This document shows, one piece after another, positions 19,594 to 28,832 of a stretch of 64,000 nucleotides of DNA. The notes below the pieces were generated by a model. That model was given only the letters and a program-made list of their open reading frames with translations, was not told where the DNA came from and made no database searches. Where the stretch lies: positions 62,001 to 126,000 of the forward strand of contig QPMI01000633.1 in NCBI GenBank assembly GCA_004431415.1, given 5' to 3'. Position numbers and translations under genes: made by a program. Every line of letters begins with the position of its first letter. Position 1 is the first letter of the stretch. The stretch is from Cyanophora paradoxa CCMP329 (Eukaryota; Plantae; Glaucophyta).

Positions 19594-19808
19594 GTAGGCG
19601 CTTGTAGGCAGTTAGGCACTTCTTAATCGAGAATTAAAAAGAAGTCCCAAATATATCAACTTGTGTTTTTCAAAACGTTGATTTTATTTTTTATAGAGAG
19701 TTTCCAGGAAAGGTGCCTAAGTGCCTAACGTCAATTAAAAGTGCCTAACCTCAATTGAAAAGTGCCTACTTCAATTATTCAAGTGCCTACTGTCCATTTC
19801 CAGTAAGG
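19594..19808. repeat. Internal third copy of the TIR iteron module (homologous to ~2072-2285)
   Basis: Near-identical ttaggcacttc..atcgagaattaaaaagaagtcccaaata...aaggtgcctaagtgcctaacgtcaattaaaagtgccta. Confidence 0.9.
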
Positions 19809-19854
19809 TATAAAAAAGAATGTATATAGAAATCAGAATCATAACAGAAGTATT

Positions 19855-22251
19855 TTACTCATCATCATCATCAAACTCAACAACAGTAGGTGTCTTATCA
19901 ATCTTCTTCACACCCTTGTAGCCACGATCATAACCAGTTCCAACCTTCTTGCGAACTGCATTCTTGTCATATTTCGCTCCAAGCAAACCCATCACAGTTT
20001 TAATGCGATTTGCAGACATATTCAGTCTCAGTTGCTTGATCTCTTGCTCAACCATCTTGGAAGTTACAGAGTCGGATGAATTTCGAGTGAATTCGAACAC
20101 TGATCTGATCAGAGACATTTCATCACCTGCATCTTCCCGGAATTCATTAATATCCTCAGCAACCTTCCCAGAAACCACGAATTTCTGAGATTTGTAGGCT
20201 TCAAACACCATCCATTCGAATGCTCTAATTATCTCAGGACTTTTTAGCAGAACACTCTTGATATCTTCCGAAGCCAATCTCACACAAGGAGAGTTCATTT
20301 CCTCAACAGTCTTTTGATCAACGAATTTGTGGGGGTGCTTGAACAATACCATGGTTTGAAGGGTATCAGATGGGGAAATGGGTGGAACATCATTCATGAT
20401 CATCCACAAACGACTTTGGAGGCGAATATTGACCTCATTTTCATATAGAACACGCATGCATTGAACATCACCACCAGATTCCTTCTTTTTGATCATTGCA
20501 CCATTCACCTTAATATTTGTGTTTGAGACATCGAATTTCATCTCTTGGGTGAATGTCAGACGACGAAATTCACAAGGTTTCATCCACTTTAACTTGGAGG
20601 TATCGTTGTCATCTGAGTTCTTATTCAGCAAGAATGCCTCCCCACTGATGGTGTGCACATATCCACTTCCCCAGGTATTTTCATTGAGATTCACATAAAC
20701 CCCCTTACCACAATTGCGTTCACCAATTGATAATCCCCACTGTTTATCTTCGTATTTCCCAGCCATTGCACGAGCTGTAAATTCCAGAGCAGAAGAAATC
20801 GAATCATTTCCGAAAACGGGTTCCAGAATCTTGTCGAAAAGGGTTTGAATATCCGAATCAGATGGCTTGATCACATATCCATCTTTGTCAACAAGAAGAT
20901 CCCTCTCGATTCGAGTGGTAGAATAGATCTTGTCACATTTGTCCCATGGTGTGAGCTTCTTTGTCTCGAAATCATACACACCATTTCGGTAGCACAATTT
21001 TCCAATGGTCGATGACCACATAATATCATTGTAGAACACACGATTATTGGGCAGAAATGCTTTGGCTGTCTTGATAATTCGATCTGCCCCAGTAAGATTG
21101 GTAGAATATGGCTTCAAGTTACCTTTGTCATCCTCCTTGAACATATAGCACTCCATGCACAATTTCAACATTATATTGTAGACCATTGTGGAATCATCAG
21201 TCCACAGAAAATCGTCTGTCTGAGCGAATATACGACCATCAGACATGACCACTCGCCCCTCAATCGATTTAACAAATGTGAGAGCAGCTTCACGATCATC
21301 CCGAACAATATTAAGAGGAGAGGATACACTTTTTGAATTTGTTGGAATCGTAAATCCTTGATCCATTGGTTTAATCATCAACTCAATCTTGTAGCCAGTG
21401 ACATTCTCAATATACTTGGTAGCATCACAGAGAATATTGTGGAGACGAGTTTCGGGTAATTCAGGGGCTTTTTCAACCATGCAACCATCATAAACGAGAA
21501 CGCCAACTTTTACAGCAAGTGAGGTTAAATACTGACAAAGCGCAATCAGACATTCATTCTCCAATTTGCAGAGAACCATATTAATGGTTGAACCAAAGAT
21601 GTTATACTCCTTCTTTCGCTTGCAAATCAAGAAGAAGTTGTGGTTTTCGGGCATGCTTGCAATTTGAGCGTGAATTCCTGTGATTTCGTTCTTAACTGCT
21701 TTGAACTTGGGGTGGTTCAGCAGTTCCTTGTTATCAATTGAGCCCCCACCCCCGTTTACAACAGAAAGAAACGCTTTCTTGATATCTTCGCGAGAAAGTC
21801 CCGATTTCTTGCTTATATCAGCAATGATACTATCACGATTGTCGACATAATCAGTAAGACCCTCACAAACGATTTCATTTTTTTCACAATACTGAATGAG
21901 AAGTGTGGGATGCGCATTTTTCATATCGATATCGTAGTAGAAATCGCGAGCAAGAGTGTGGCGGAATTCTCTGGGCATTCCTTGCATTGATGCTTGCTTC
22001 TTCTTGATGTGTTCAAGATTCACGAAATAACGACCAGTATTATGCTTGCATTGATGATATTTAACTTCAATGCGCCCATCTCGCTTCAAATCCTTGAAAT
22101 AACGTTGGAGAAGGGTGAGAGTAGCAGTTGCATCAATATCAGGTCGATACTCCAAAGTCTCGAAATTATCAATCAGGTATTTGAGAGTGGAGCGATCCAC
22201 CTTCTCAAAGAGAGCGATTTTAAGTCCGTTCGGTTGCTGAGAGTTGAACAT
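19855..22251 (-). CDS. TVpol-like (PolA-related) primase/polymerase fused to D5-like superfamily 3 helicase
   Basis: DIDMKNAHP and LVYDGCM polymerase motifs; RNGVYDF D5_N-like motif; Walker A GERNCGKG, Walker B TFTQE, motif C MIMND; basic C-terminal putative winged-helix. Confidence 0.82.
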   Translation of the reverse strand: MFNSQQPNGLKIALFEKVDRSTLKYLIDNFETLEYRPDIDATATLTLLQRYFKDLKRDGRIEVKYHQCKHNTGRYFVNLEHIKKKQASMQGMPREFRHTLARDFYYDIDMKNAHPTLLIQYCEKNEIVCEGLTDYVDNRDSIIADISKKSGLSREDIKKAFLSVVNGGGGSIDNKELLNHPKFKAVKNEITGIHAQIASMPENHNFFLICKRKKEYNIFGSTINMVLCKLENECLIALCQYLTSLAVKVGVLVYDGCMVEKAPELPETRLHNILCDATKYIENVTGYKIELMIKPMDQGFTIPTNSKSVSSPLNIVRDDREAALTFVKSIEGRVVMSDGRIFAQTDDFLWTDDSTMVYNIMLKLCMECYMFKEDDKGNLKPYSTNLTGADRIIKTAKAFLPNNRVFYNDIMWSSTIGKLCYRNGVYDFETKKLTPWDKCDKIYSTTRIERDLLVDKDGYVIKPSDSDIQTLFDKILEPVFGNDSISSALEFTARAMAGKYEDKQWGLSIGERNCGKGVYVNLNENTWGSGYVHTISGEAFLLNKNSDDNDTSKLKWMKPCEFRRLTFTQEMKFDVSNTNIKVNGAMIKKKESGGDVQCMRVLYENEVNIRLQSRLWMIMNDVPPISPSDTLQTMVLFKHPHKFVDQKTVEEMNSPCVRLASEDIKSVLLKSPEIIRAFEWMVFEAYKSQKFVVSGKVAEDINEFREDAGDEMSLIRSVFEFTRNSSDSVTSKMVEQEIKQLRLNMSANRIKTVMGLLGAKYDKNAVRKKVGTGYDRGYKGVKKIDKTPTVVEFDDDDE

Positions 22252-22450
22252 CTTGGGCTCTTCTTATACTTAATGGAGAAAAGAGTTTCTCCGGATTCCT
22301 GTCATTTTTTGGCGGCTAACCTTTAAGTGCTTGATATCTCCTCAATTACCAAAAACGGCAATCGGGAGATGGTTACGGATCTATCGAAGAATATCGATAG
22401 ACCGCTCGAAAAATGAGTAATTGGGTTCAGCGGTCAAATGGGTGTTTTCC

Positions 22451-22687
22451 TTAATACTTTCGTGGACGTCCCCGCGACTTGTTTTCGATTCCCTCCCGCT
22501 CCTTACGACGATAATATGAAGCGAGTGATTGCGCCTTCTTATACTCCCGATAAACCGGGTCTTCGTTGTAAAGCGTTCGCTTCCTGAGAGCATCTCTCAT
22601 CTTGTAATTGGCGCGGGTCTCATCTTCTTCATCGCCGAATTCGACAACGCTAATCATGTCTTCGGTTATATGAATTACAGTCGCCAT
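22451..22687 (-). CDS. Small basic DNA-binding protein with C-terminal AT-hook
   Basis: Ends in KSRGRPRKY (RGRP AT-hook core). Confidence 0.65.
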   Translation of the reverse strand: MATVIHITEDMISVVEFGDEEDETRANYKMRDALRKRTLYNEDPVYREYKKAQSLASYYRRKEREGIENKSRGRPRKY

Positions 22688-22895
22688 GTTCCCCTTTATA
22701 TATAGTTGAGAAAATCTTTTACCACTCTGTATTATGCGTTACGTCTTTAAGTAGTTTATGGTGTCATTTTTTGGTGACCAAAGCCAGTTGGTGTCTACGT
22801 TCTTCAATTGCAGATTTAACAGCGTAAATCTTTCGTTTCGATAGTATGATGGAGTAGATCTTTTCGTATGACATTTGATACCATAACCAAAGATA

Positions 22896-23150
22896 TTATT
22901 TATGATCGTTTTGCGCAAACGATCGGCGACGGACAGTCTCTGTTTCTGTAACGGTGACTGTCTCAGTTGTTATCGAATCTTGTGATTGCCTTCGCCCTCC
23001 ATCGCTTCCACCATCTGAGAAATCCATTTCGAATTTCGTATCGCAGCAATCATTGTGACAATCGGTTATGCAATGCATCTCAAACATCTCAATGATCTTT
23101 TTCAGAAACTCCATTGATTCCCTCTTTAAACAATATATAATTAAAGCCAA
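22896..23150 (-). CDS. Hypothetical small Cys-containing viral protein
   Basis: ORF in the co-oriented gene cluster; start codon uncertain. Confidence 0.45.
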   Translation of the reverse strand: MALIIYCLKRESMEFLKKIIEMFEMHCITDCHNDCCDTKFEMDFSDGGSDGGRRQSQDSITTETVTVTETETVRRRSFAQNDHK

Positions 23151-23872
23151 ACTCTCCGCTTGTATGCTGTGGGAGCTACACCTTTGTCGACTTCCGCTTT
23201 GGTAGCACCAGGTTCAACAGTTCCCTTTTGGGTCTTTGTCTTCAACTCATCTACCGCTTGTTCATCAATTTGAGTCTCCTTCTTACCAATAAACTGCTTA
23301 TCGGGAAGACCGGTAATACCCATTCGGAATACTTCTTTGCGCAGCATTTCCTTGATTTTAGCGCGTTCTTTCTTCTCAGTTACATACTGTTCAAGAGCGC
23401 TTGATTTCGCTTCCAGATCCTTTAATTTAGCGGTCATCTCATCCCATTGCGCTTTCGGGATTCGGTGGATGTTTTGAGTTGGCGCAACCTTGTAAGTAAC
23501 TTCACCAGCCATCGATTGAATTACCTTATCGGATTCTTTGGAAACACCTTCACCCTTGCGAGCGAGTGAAAGATCTTTTAGACCAAGTTCACGATCATCG
23601 GCAGCACCGATAATCCGGCGCGCACCTTCACCGACCGCCTTCATCTTCGAGACTTCCGGCGTAATGTTCAGTTGCTCACTTTGGGAGGTTTGCGGCGCTT
23701 TATCACCGGGCGCTTCTTCATACGCCGCATTTAAGGGATCTTCTTCCTGTTGCGATGGTTTCACTTCGCTCATTCCGTTGAATTTCATGGGTGTAGTGTT
23801 GAGAGATCCGTGACTTTCACCGCCGGAATATGACATTGCACCAGCGGGAACACCTCTACGTTTCGGCGGCAT
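23141..23872 (-). CDS. Hypothetical charged/coiled-coil viral protein (possible core protein)
   Basis: 243-aa ORF starting MPPKRRG, directly downstream of the ATPase. Confidence 0.65.
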   Translation of the reverse strand: MPPKRRGVPAGAMSYSGGESHGSLNTTPMKFNGMSEVKPSQQEEDPLNAAYEEAPGDKAPQTSQSEQLNITPEVSKMKAVGEGARRIIGAADDRELGLKDLSLARKGEGVSKESDKVIQSMAGEVTYKVAPTQNIHRIPKAQWDEMTAKLKDLEAKSSALEQYVTEKKERAKIKEMLRKEVFRMGITGLPDKQFIGKKETQIDEQAVDELKTKTQKGTVEPGATKAEVDKGVAPTAYKRRVWL

Positions 23873-23900
23873 TGTATATTTATAACATACAGAGATAATT

Positions 23901-24683
23901 TTACAGTCCCCTCTTATATCGCATCAACTTATTCGTGTGAACAGCGCTTTTAATCTCTTTCGGCGCTTCCTCCTTCTCAGGCGGTTTTAATTCATCTTCT
24001 TTCTTTTTTGGCTTTCTGTGAAACCGAGGAAACTTAAAGTCTTTTACGAGTTCCGCTTTATCAACATAGTATTCCACCGAATAATTCGCAGAACTCCAAA
24101 TGAGAAACTGATAGGAGTGAACGTATTCCTCAAACATCTTATAGAAAGCGTCTTTATCCCGCATGATATTGTATTCTTCTTCAATGGCTTCCAGTTCTTT
24201 GCGATTGGCGGCACTTAGGAACATTGCATAATCCGAGTTGACGCGAATGGTTGAAGAAACCTTACGCAATTTCTGAGTTATGCAAATAATCGAAATTTTC
24301 GAATGGCGCCCACGACTGTAAAGAGAACCAATAATTTTATCGCGGGTTAGATCGACTATCTCATTATCTATAAGATCATCAAGAACGACACACAATTGGT
24401 TAACAGGTTCTCCTTTCTCAATTTTCTCTTGTCGTTCATCGAGAAGTTTAGCGATGTAAGGCGCATCCCATTTACCAAGTTGTAATGTAGCGACATTATC
24501 CCAAAAATGATTGAAACTCGTCCCACTTACAACAAGAATAACATCTAACTTTTTCGCATCGTGAAGTTGTTTTAGCCAATACTTCACCGCTTCTGATTTA
24601 CCAGTCGCAGATTTTCCAATTGCTAAGACACGGAATGGGGGTGTTATCATTTCAGCGGCATTAAACTCGGGAACGTCTGACAT
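23901..24683 (-). CDS. A32-like (FtsK/HerA) DNA packaging ATPase (start MSDVPEF)
   Basis: Walker A GKSATGKS, Walker B VVLDD, RGRHSKIS...TQ, IRVNSDY. Confidence 0.92.
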   Translation of the reverse strand: MSDVPEFNAAEMITPPFRVLAIGKSATGKSEAVKYWLKQLHDAKKLDVILVVSGTSFNHFWDNVATLQLGKWDAPYIAKLLDERQEKIEKGEPVNQLCVVLDDLIDNEIVDLTRDKIIGSLYSRGRHSKISIICITQKLRKVSSTIRVNSDYAMFLSAANRKELEAIEEEYNIMRDKDAFYKMFEEYVHSYQFLIWSSANYSVEYYVDKAELVKDFKFPRFHRKPKKKEDELKPPEKEEAPKEIKSAVHTNKLMRYKRGL

Positions 24684-24744
24684 GGCGTAATAGATTCTTC
24701 TTAATAAAGACAGATAAAAATAACGAAATCTTACTGATAATGGT

Positions 24745-26142
24745 TTAGAGATTAATGCGGCGAATTCCGTCCTTATCGACAATAATGAACGAATGCATGA
24801 GAGCGCGAACGTTAACAGTAATTGTGCGATCAGCAGGAAGATACAGAGTGAGGAACGATGACGACGAGTTCGTGAGATCAACATATCCAGATTGGGCAAT
24901 GTTGCGAATCGCCTTCTCACCATCAACAGCGAATGGGAATCCGGTAAGGACGTAACGGTTTGCTTCCTTGTCCATATTCGAGCATTTGAAGGCATCGGCG
25001 ATGAGTTCCGCACCTTTGAGTAGCGGGATTGGCTCAGTTGAATACAGACGCTGTCCGTTAATCTCACAGGTCATCGTGATATCCTTCGCATTCGCAAGCG
25101 TTTTAAGGACGCTGTGAGAACCGTTAGAAGAATCGACACCATCAGCATCACGAACAGAGACAAGAAGAGCATAAACCAGACCAGAGATTTGGCTAAGATT
25201 GATTCGGTTGGGTTGAGTGTTACCTTTCGCAGCAACACCAATAGCATCAACGAAACCGATATCGAGAGCAGGAATAGCCATCCCCGTGGTCTTAACTTTC
25301 TCAATAACAGTAGCGAACAGTTCATCAGAAACGTTAATAGCATGCATGTAGAGACGAGGAGACTTAATGGAGATGTAATGGGTCATTGGTGGAACAGTTC
25401 CAGCAACTTCGAACCCAGTAATACCGCCAGTGGTAATGTTTTGACCGACATTAGCAAGAGTTACACCAGTAGCGCTTCCGAGACCGTCATTTGCGGTTTG
25501 ATCCGCAGCGGTTGTCACAACTGGAAGAGCGCGACCGCCATAAGAAGTTTCAAGATATCCCTTGTTAGCTTCTTTGAACCAAACAGTGATAACAGCTTCG
25601 CCTGAGAGAGCGCCAAGTGGTAGGTAATGGTTCAACCACGGCACCGGAATTTCAACGAAGAAAGCGCCACCTTTACGGTTGGTTCCGTGAGCGGGAATTC
25701 CATGAAGCATTCCCATTGAACGCTTCTTTTTCGCCAGCTGATCCTCAGAATAGTAGACCAGTGGGAAAATCGCAAGAAAATCGCTTGGGACGTGGTAAGT
25801 ATACGAGCCATACGAGAATTCAAGACGCTCTACAAGCGCACCAACGGGACGGGTGTAACCATTTCGCACAAGGTCGTCATCACCAGTAAAAGCGGTTAGT
25901 TCGGGAAGATCAAAAGCGAGTTCGATTTTACCAACAAAGTTGTAGCGGGGAAGTTTGAAAGAAACGCGTTGACCAACGTTGTTGTCATAGGTTGTCGAGG
26001 GACTAACGGTTACCAGAACGGGTTTCGTCTTCGATTCGAGACCAAGCATAAGCGAGTTATCGAGGAAGAACGCTTTGGCTTCCTCGGGCGTTGTTAGCGC
26101 CTCTTTCAGAGAAAGACGTTGAAGGGTCGAGGTAACATCCAT
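24745..26142 (-). CDS. Major capsid protein (double jelly-roll)
   Basis: 465 aa, beta-rich, N-terminal SFKLPR..FVGKIELAFDLP.L and LVERLEFSYG resemble DJR MCP strands; located between ATPase and minor capsid genes. Confidence 0.75.
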   Translation of the reverse strand: MDVTSTLQRLSLKEALTTPEEAKAFFLDNSLMLGLESKTKPVLVTVSPSTTYDNNVGQRVSFKLPRYNFVGKIELAFDLPELTAFTGDDDLVRNGYTRPVGALVERLEFSYGSYTYHVPSDFLAIFPLVYYSEDQLAKKKRSMGMLHGIPAHGTNRKGGAFFVEIPVPWLNHYLPLGALSGEAVITVWFKEANKGYLETSYGGRALPVVTTAADQTANDGLGSATGVTLANVGQNITTGGITGFEVAGTVPPMTHYISIKSPRLYMHAINVSDELFATVIEKVKTTGMAIPALDIGFVDAIGVAAKGNTQPNRINLSQISGLVYALLVSVRDADGVDSSNGSHSVLKTLANAKDITMTCEINGQRLYSTEPIPLLKGAELIADAFKCSNMDKEANRYVLTGFPFAVDGEKAIRNIAQSGYVDLTNSSSSFLTLYLPADRTITVNVRALMHSFIIVDKDGIRRINL

Positions 26143-26196
26143 TCTGTTTTGCTTTTACTATACAAAAATATAAAAATTCTGTGAATGATCCTTAAT

Positions 26197-27201
26197 TTAC
26201 GCGAATCCAGCAATATTTGGATAGAAGGGGTGGGTCTCTCTCATTCTCATTTTGAAATACTCATAAATCGGATCACCGGCGGGTTCATCACCATAACGGA
26301 TTTCGAATGTCAGATGCACAGGTTGCCCCTCGAAATCAATTAATTCATTTTGAGCATTCACTATATCTACCGAGAATTGCGATAGTGACATCTTCTTATT
26401 ATAGTATTTATACAGCGGATTTGCTTCCGTCGAATTGTAAACAACGTGTTCCGCGAATTCTCTATCTTGAACCATAAGTTTATGGAAGTATCCAGTTAGG
26501 AGACCATCGGCACATTGGACGAGGTCACCCAGTTCTTTTACTCTCACGAAAAAGACGTTATCTTTGCAGGTCTCTGTGGGGAATGTTGAGATAATACCAT
26601 TTACGTTTGCACCTGTAAAAACGGAGCTTGTATCTGTTCCATAGACTTGTGATTTAATAAACTTGTTTCCCCAGCGTCCAGCATCCAAACCCAAGATTCG
26701 AGCATGTCGTAGCGCTTTTTCGATTGCAGAAACAGAAGGATCTTTTGCATATGAGAAGCAAATATAGAACTCCACAGGAGCATAAAAGATTACTTTTTTT
26801 TGGGTTACATCCCAACCACAGCGAATTGCAGAAGGAGGCGAGAGATTCTCAAAACGGTTATTGATTCGGGCAACGAGTTGCTGATGAGTATTGATTGGGG
26901 TTTTTAGACCTGCACCAGGTCTAATAGAACGCCAACTATCATATAGAATCTCAGGAGCATTTGCACCGGTGGATGTGGACTTTTGGCTGAAATTGATAAT
27001 AAAGGCATCCTCTATTGTTGCATCCCCAGGTTCTGTTTCACCGCTAATGAGTGGGATGGAGTTATAGAATTCAGCGGAGACGAGGCGAACCGCTCTTACA
27101 TTCTCATACGTCTTTGGAAGATCCGCAACAAATCGTGATGTTGGAGCATCCAGATTAGGTATTGTTTTGAAGGAAGACACTTCAACGTATTCCACAGGCA
27201 T
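26197..27201 (-). CDS. Minor capsid (penton) protein 1
   Basis: F..DLP..YENVRAVRLVSAEFYNS at the N-terminus and LSQFSVDIVNAQNELIDFEGQPVHLTFEI at the C-terminus, the PLV mCP pattern. Confidence 0.75.
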   Translation of the reverse strand: MPVEYVEVSSFKTIPNLDAPTSRFVADLPKTYENVRAVRLVSAEFYNSIPLISGETEPGDATIEDAFIINFSQKSTSTGANAPEILYDSWRSIRPGAGLKTPINTHQQLVARINNRFENLSPPSAIRCGWDVTQKKVIFYAPVEFYICFSYAKDPSVSAIEKALRHARILGLDAGRWGNKFIKSQVYGTDTSSVFTGANVNGIISTFPTETCKDNVFFVRVKELGDLVQCADGLLTGYFHKLMVQDREFAEHVVYNSTEANPLYKYYNKKMSLSQFSVDIVNAQNELIDFEGQPVHLTFEIRYGDEPAGDPIYEYFKMRMRETHPFYPNIAGFA

Positions 27202-27229
27202 CTTCTTTTATCTATAACCATATAATAAA

Positions 27230-28132
27230 ATGATTCGGCTTGTCAATGTCGATAGTAGAGATCGATTAGATGGACAGAAAGAAAATGCTTACAAGGTCTC
27301 ACTTACCACACCAATAACCAGACCGCGACAGTGTCGTATCTTATATGCAGAGATTCCCAACAGCATTTATAATTCGATTGGAACCGATTATATTATAGTT
27401 CGTTATAACATTGGTGGTTTCATCCTTAATCAGCAAGTATTCCCATTACCAAGTGGTTACATAAACCAAGGACACTTTGGAGTTACTCAACCATATAATT
27501 ACGGTTTAAACTACGAAGTTCTTGAAAATACATTCTTTAAGATATACTACAACCCGACAACATACAAGTTAGAGTTTTATAGCAGCGTTCCATTCGAAAT
27601 AGCAGCGTCAAACAATAGAATCGCCAAACTACTTGGTCTGAGTTCTGCATTATTGGTAAGCCAGCAACACAATTTAGAAGATAACAGGTCTGTATTCGCT
27701 CCTGAGAATTTCTTATCGTATGCAGGAAGACCAATAACACCTGATCACCCACAATGGGGAATTACGTTTGAAGGTGTAGATCCAGTGCCGTTGCAACACA
27801 AAGCAACAAGTCCAAAGATGGCGGATATGAACGCTGAGCAATACTTGTATATGCACATCAAAGAACTCTCTTCTTTTGCATCCAACCACAATATAGTCCC
27901 GAAATCGCAACCGCAGAACCAAGGCGCGATCTTGCGATTACAATTGAGTCAGGACATCGGAAAGTATATCTACCATAGCGGAGAGCATGGTGAATACATA
28001 AAAATAACAGACAAAAACCTTGTTATTCGTGAATTAACAGTTGAGTTTCGTGATTATTTTGGTGATCTTGTAGATATGAATGGTATCGATAATTCGTTTC
28101 AGTTGGAGTTTGTAGCTATTGGATACGATTAA
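27230..28132 (+). CDS. Minor capsid (penton) protein 2
   Basis: VDSRDR...YKVSL...ILYAEIPNSIYN and IRELTVEFRDYFGDLVDMNGIDNSFQLEF. Confidence 0.78.
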   Translation: MIRLVNVDSRDRLDGQKENAYKVSLTTPITRPRQCRILYAEIPNSIYNSIGTDYIIVRYNIGGFILNQQVFPLPSGYINQGHFGVTQPYNYGLNYEVLENTFFKIYYNPTTYKLEFYSSVPFEIAASNNRIAKLLGLSSALLVSQQHNLEDNRSVFAPENFLSYAGRPITPDHPQWGITFEGVDPVPLQHKATSPKMADMNAEQYLYMHIKELSSFASNHNIVPKSQPQNQGAILRLQLSQDIGKYIYHSGEHGEYIKITDKNLVIRELTVEFRDYFGDLVDMNGIDNSFQLEFVAIGYD

Positions 28133-28733
28133 CTATTGGGATATATGGTTTGAAGATATCAGCGACAACACCATTCTGATCCTCTGTATACCATCTGTTG
28201 TTTTCGCGAACCCAACGAGCGCCATTTTGTTTAAGGTATTTACGTAGAGTCGCTCGGTTCACAATCTTCCATCCATGCTCTTCAAACTTAGCATGATAAG
28301 CACGAAGATCTCTTGGAATGTGGAAATAGTAACGTTCACGATGTTCTTCTTGTCCATAGCATATCCCAATTGCATCAATTACGTCTTCGTGAGTCTTTGT
28401 AGTGTTGAAAAGAAGATCATGAAAATTAACAACAACGATGAAATCAAGTTCAGCATTACGCACTTGATTAAGATGGCTAAACTTACCATGATCGTTATAA
28501 TTCACATGATTATAGAAGAACCGATCATCGCGAGTTCTCGCACAAATCCGATCAGAATTTCTTGGAAAATAACCAAAACAAACCATTTGATCCATTCCAG
28601 GATAAGAGTATGTCCCAATCTTTTGATGCAATAACTCAATAGTTTCGGCAAGATCAAGGATATCCTTCACGCCAAATCGCATTTCAGCAATCGGAACCGA
28701 GAAGATTGGCTCACCTTCGAAGAGATACGCCAT
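28116..28733 (-). CDS. Hypothetical viral protein (205 aa)
   Basis: ATG ORF; shares a 17-bp upstream motif with the 22451..22687 gene. Confidence 0.65.
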   Translation of the reverse strand: MAYLFEGEPIFSVPIAEMRFGVKDILDLAETIELLHQKIGTYSYPGMDQMVCFGYFPRNSDRICARTRDDRFFYNHVNYNDHGKFSHLNQVRNAELDFIVVVNFHDLLFNTTKTHEDVIDAIGICYGQEEHRERYYFHIPRDLRAYHAKFEEHGWKIVNRATLRKYLKQNGARWVRENNRWYTEDQNGVVADIFKPYIPIVNRIQ

Positions 28734-28832
28734 GACACTGAATTACGTCTGAGAAAATCTTTTACCCGTTTTACTCTATACTATCGCTTCTTCCTTAAAT
28801 CATTTTGGGTTGCCCACAAGCATCATTTTTTG

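Noticed and set aside
24684-25067. N-terminal extension of the ATPase ORF (388 aa as listed)
   Set aside because: Overlaps the MCP in another frame; ATPase homology starts after the ATG at 24683
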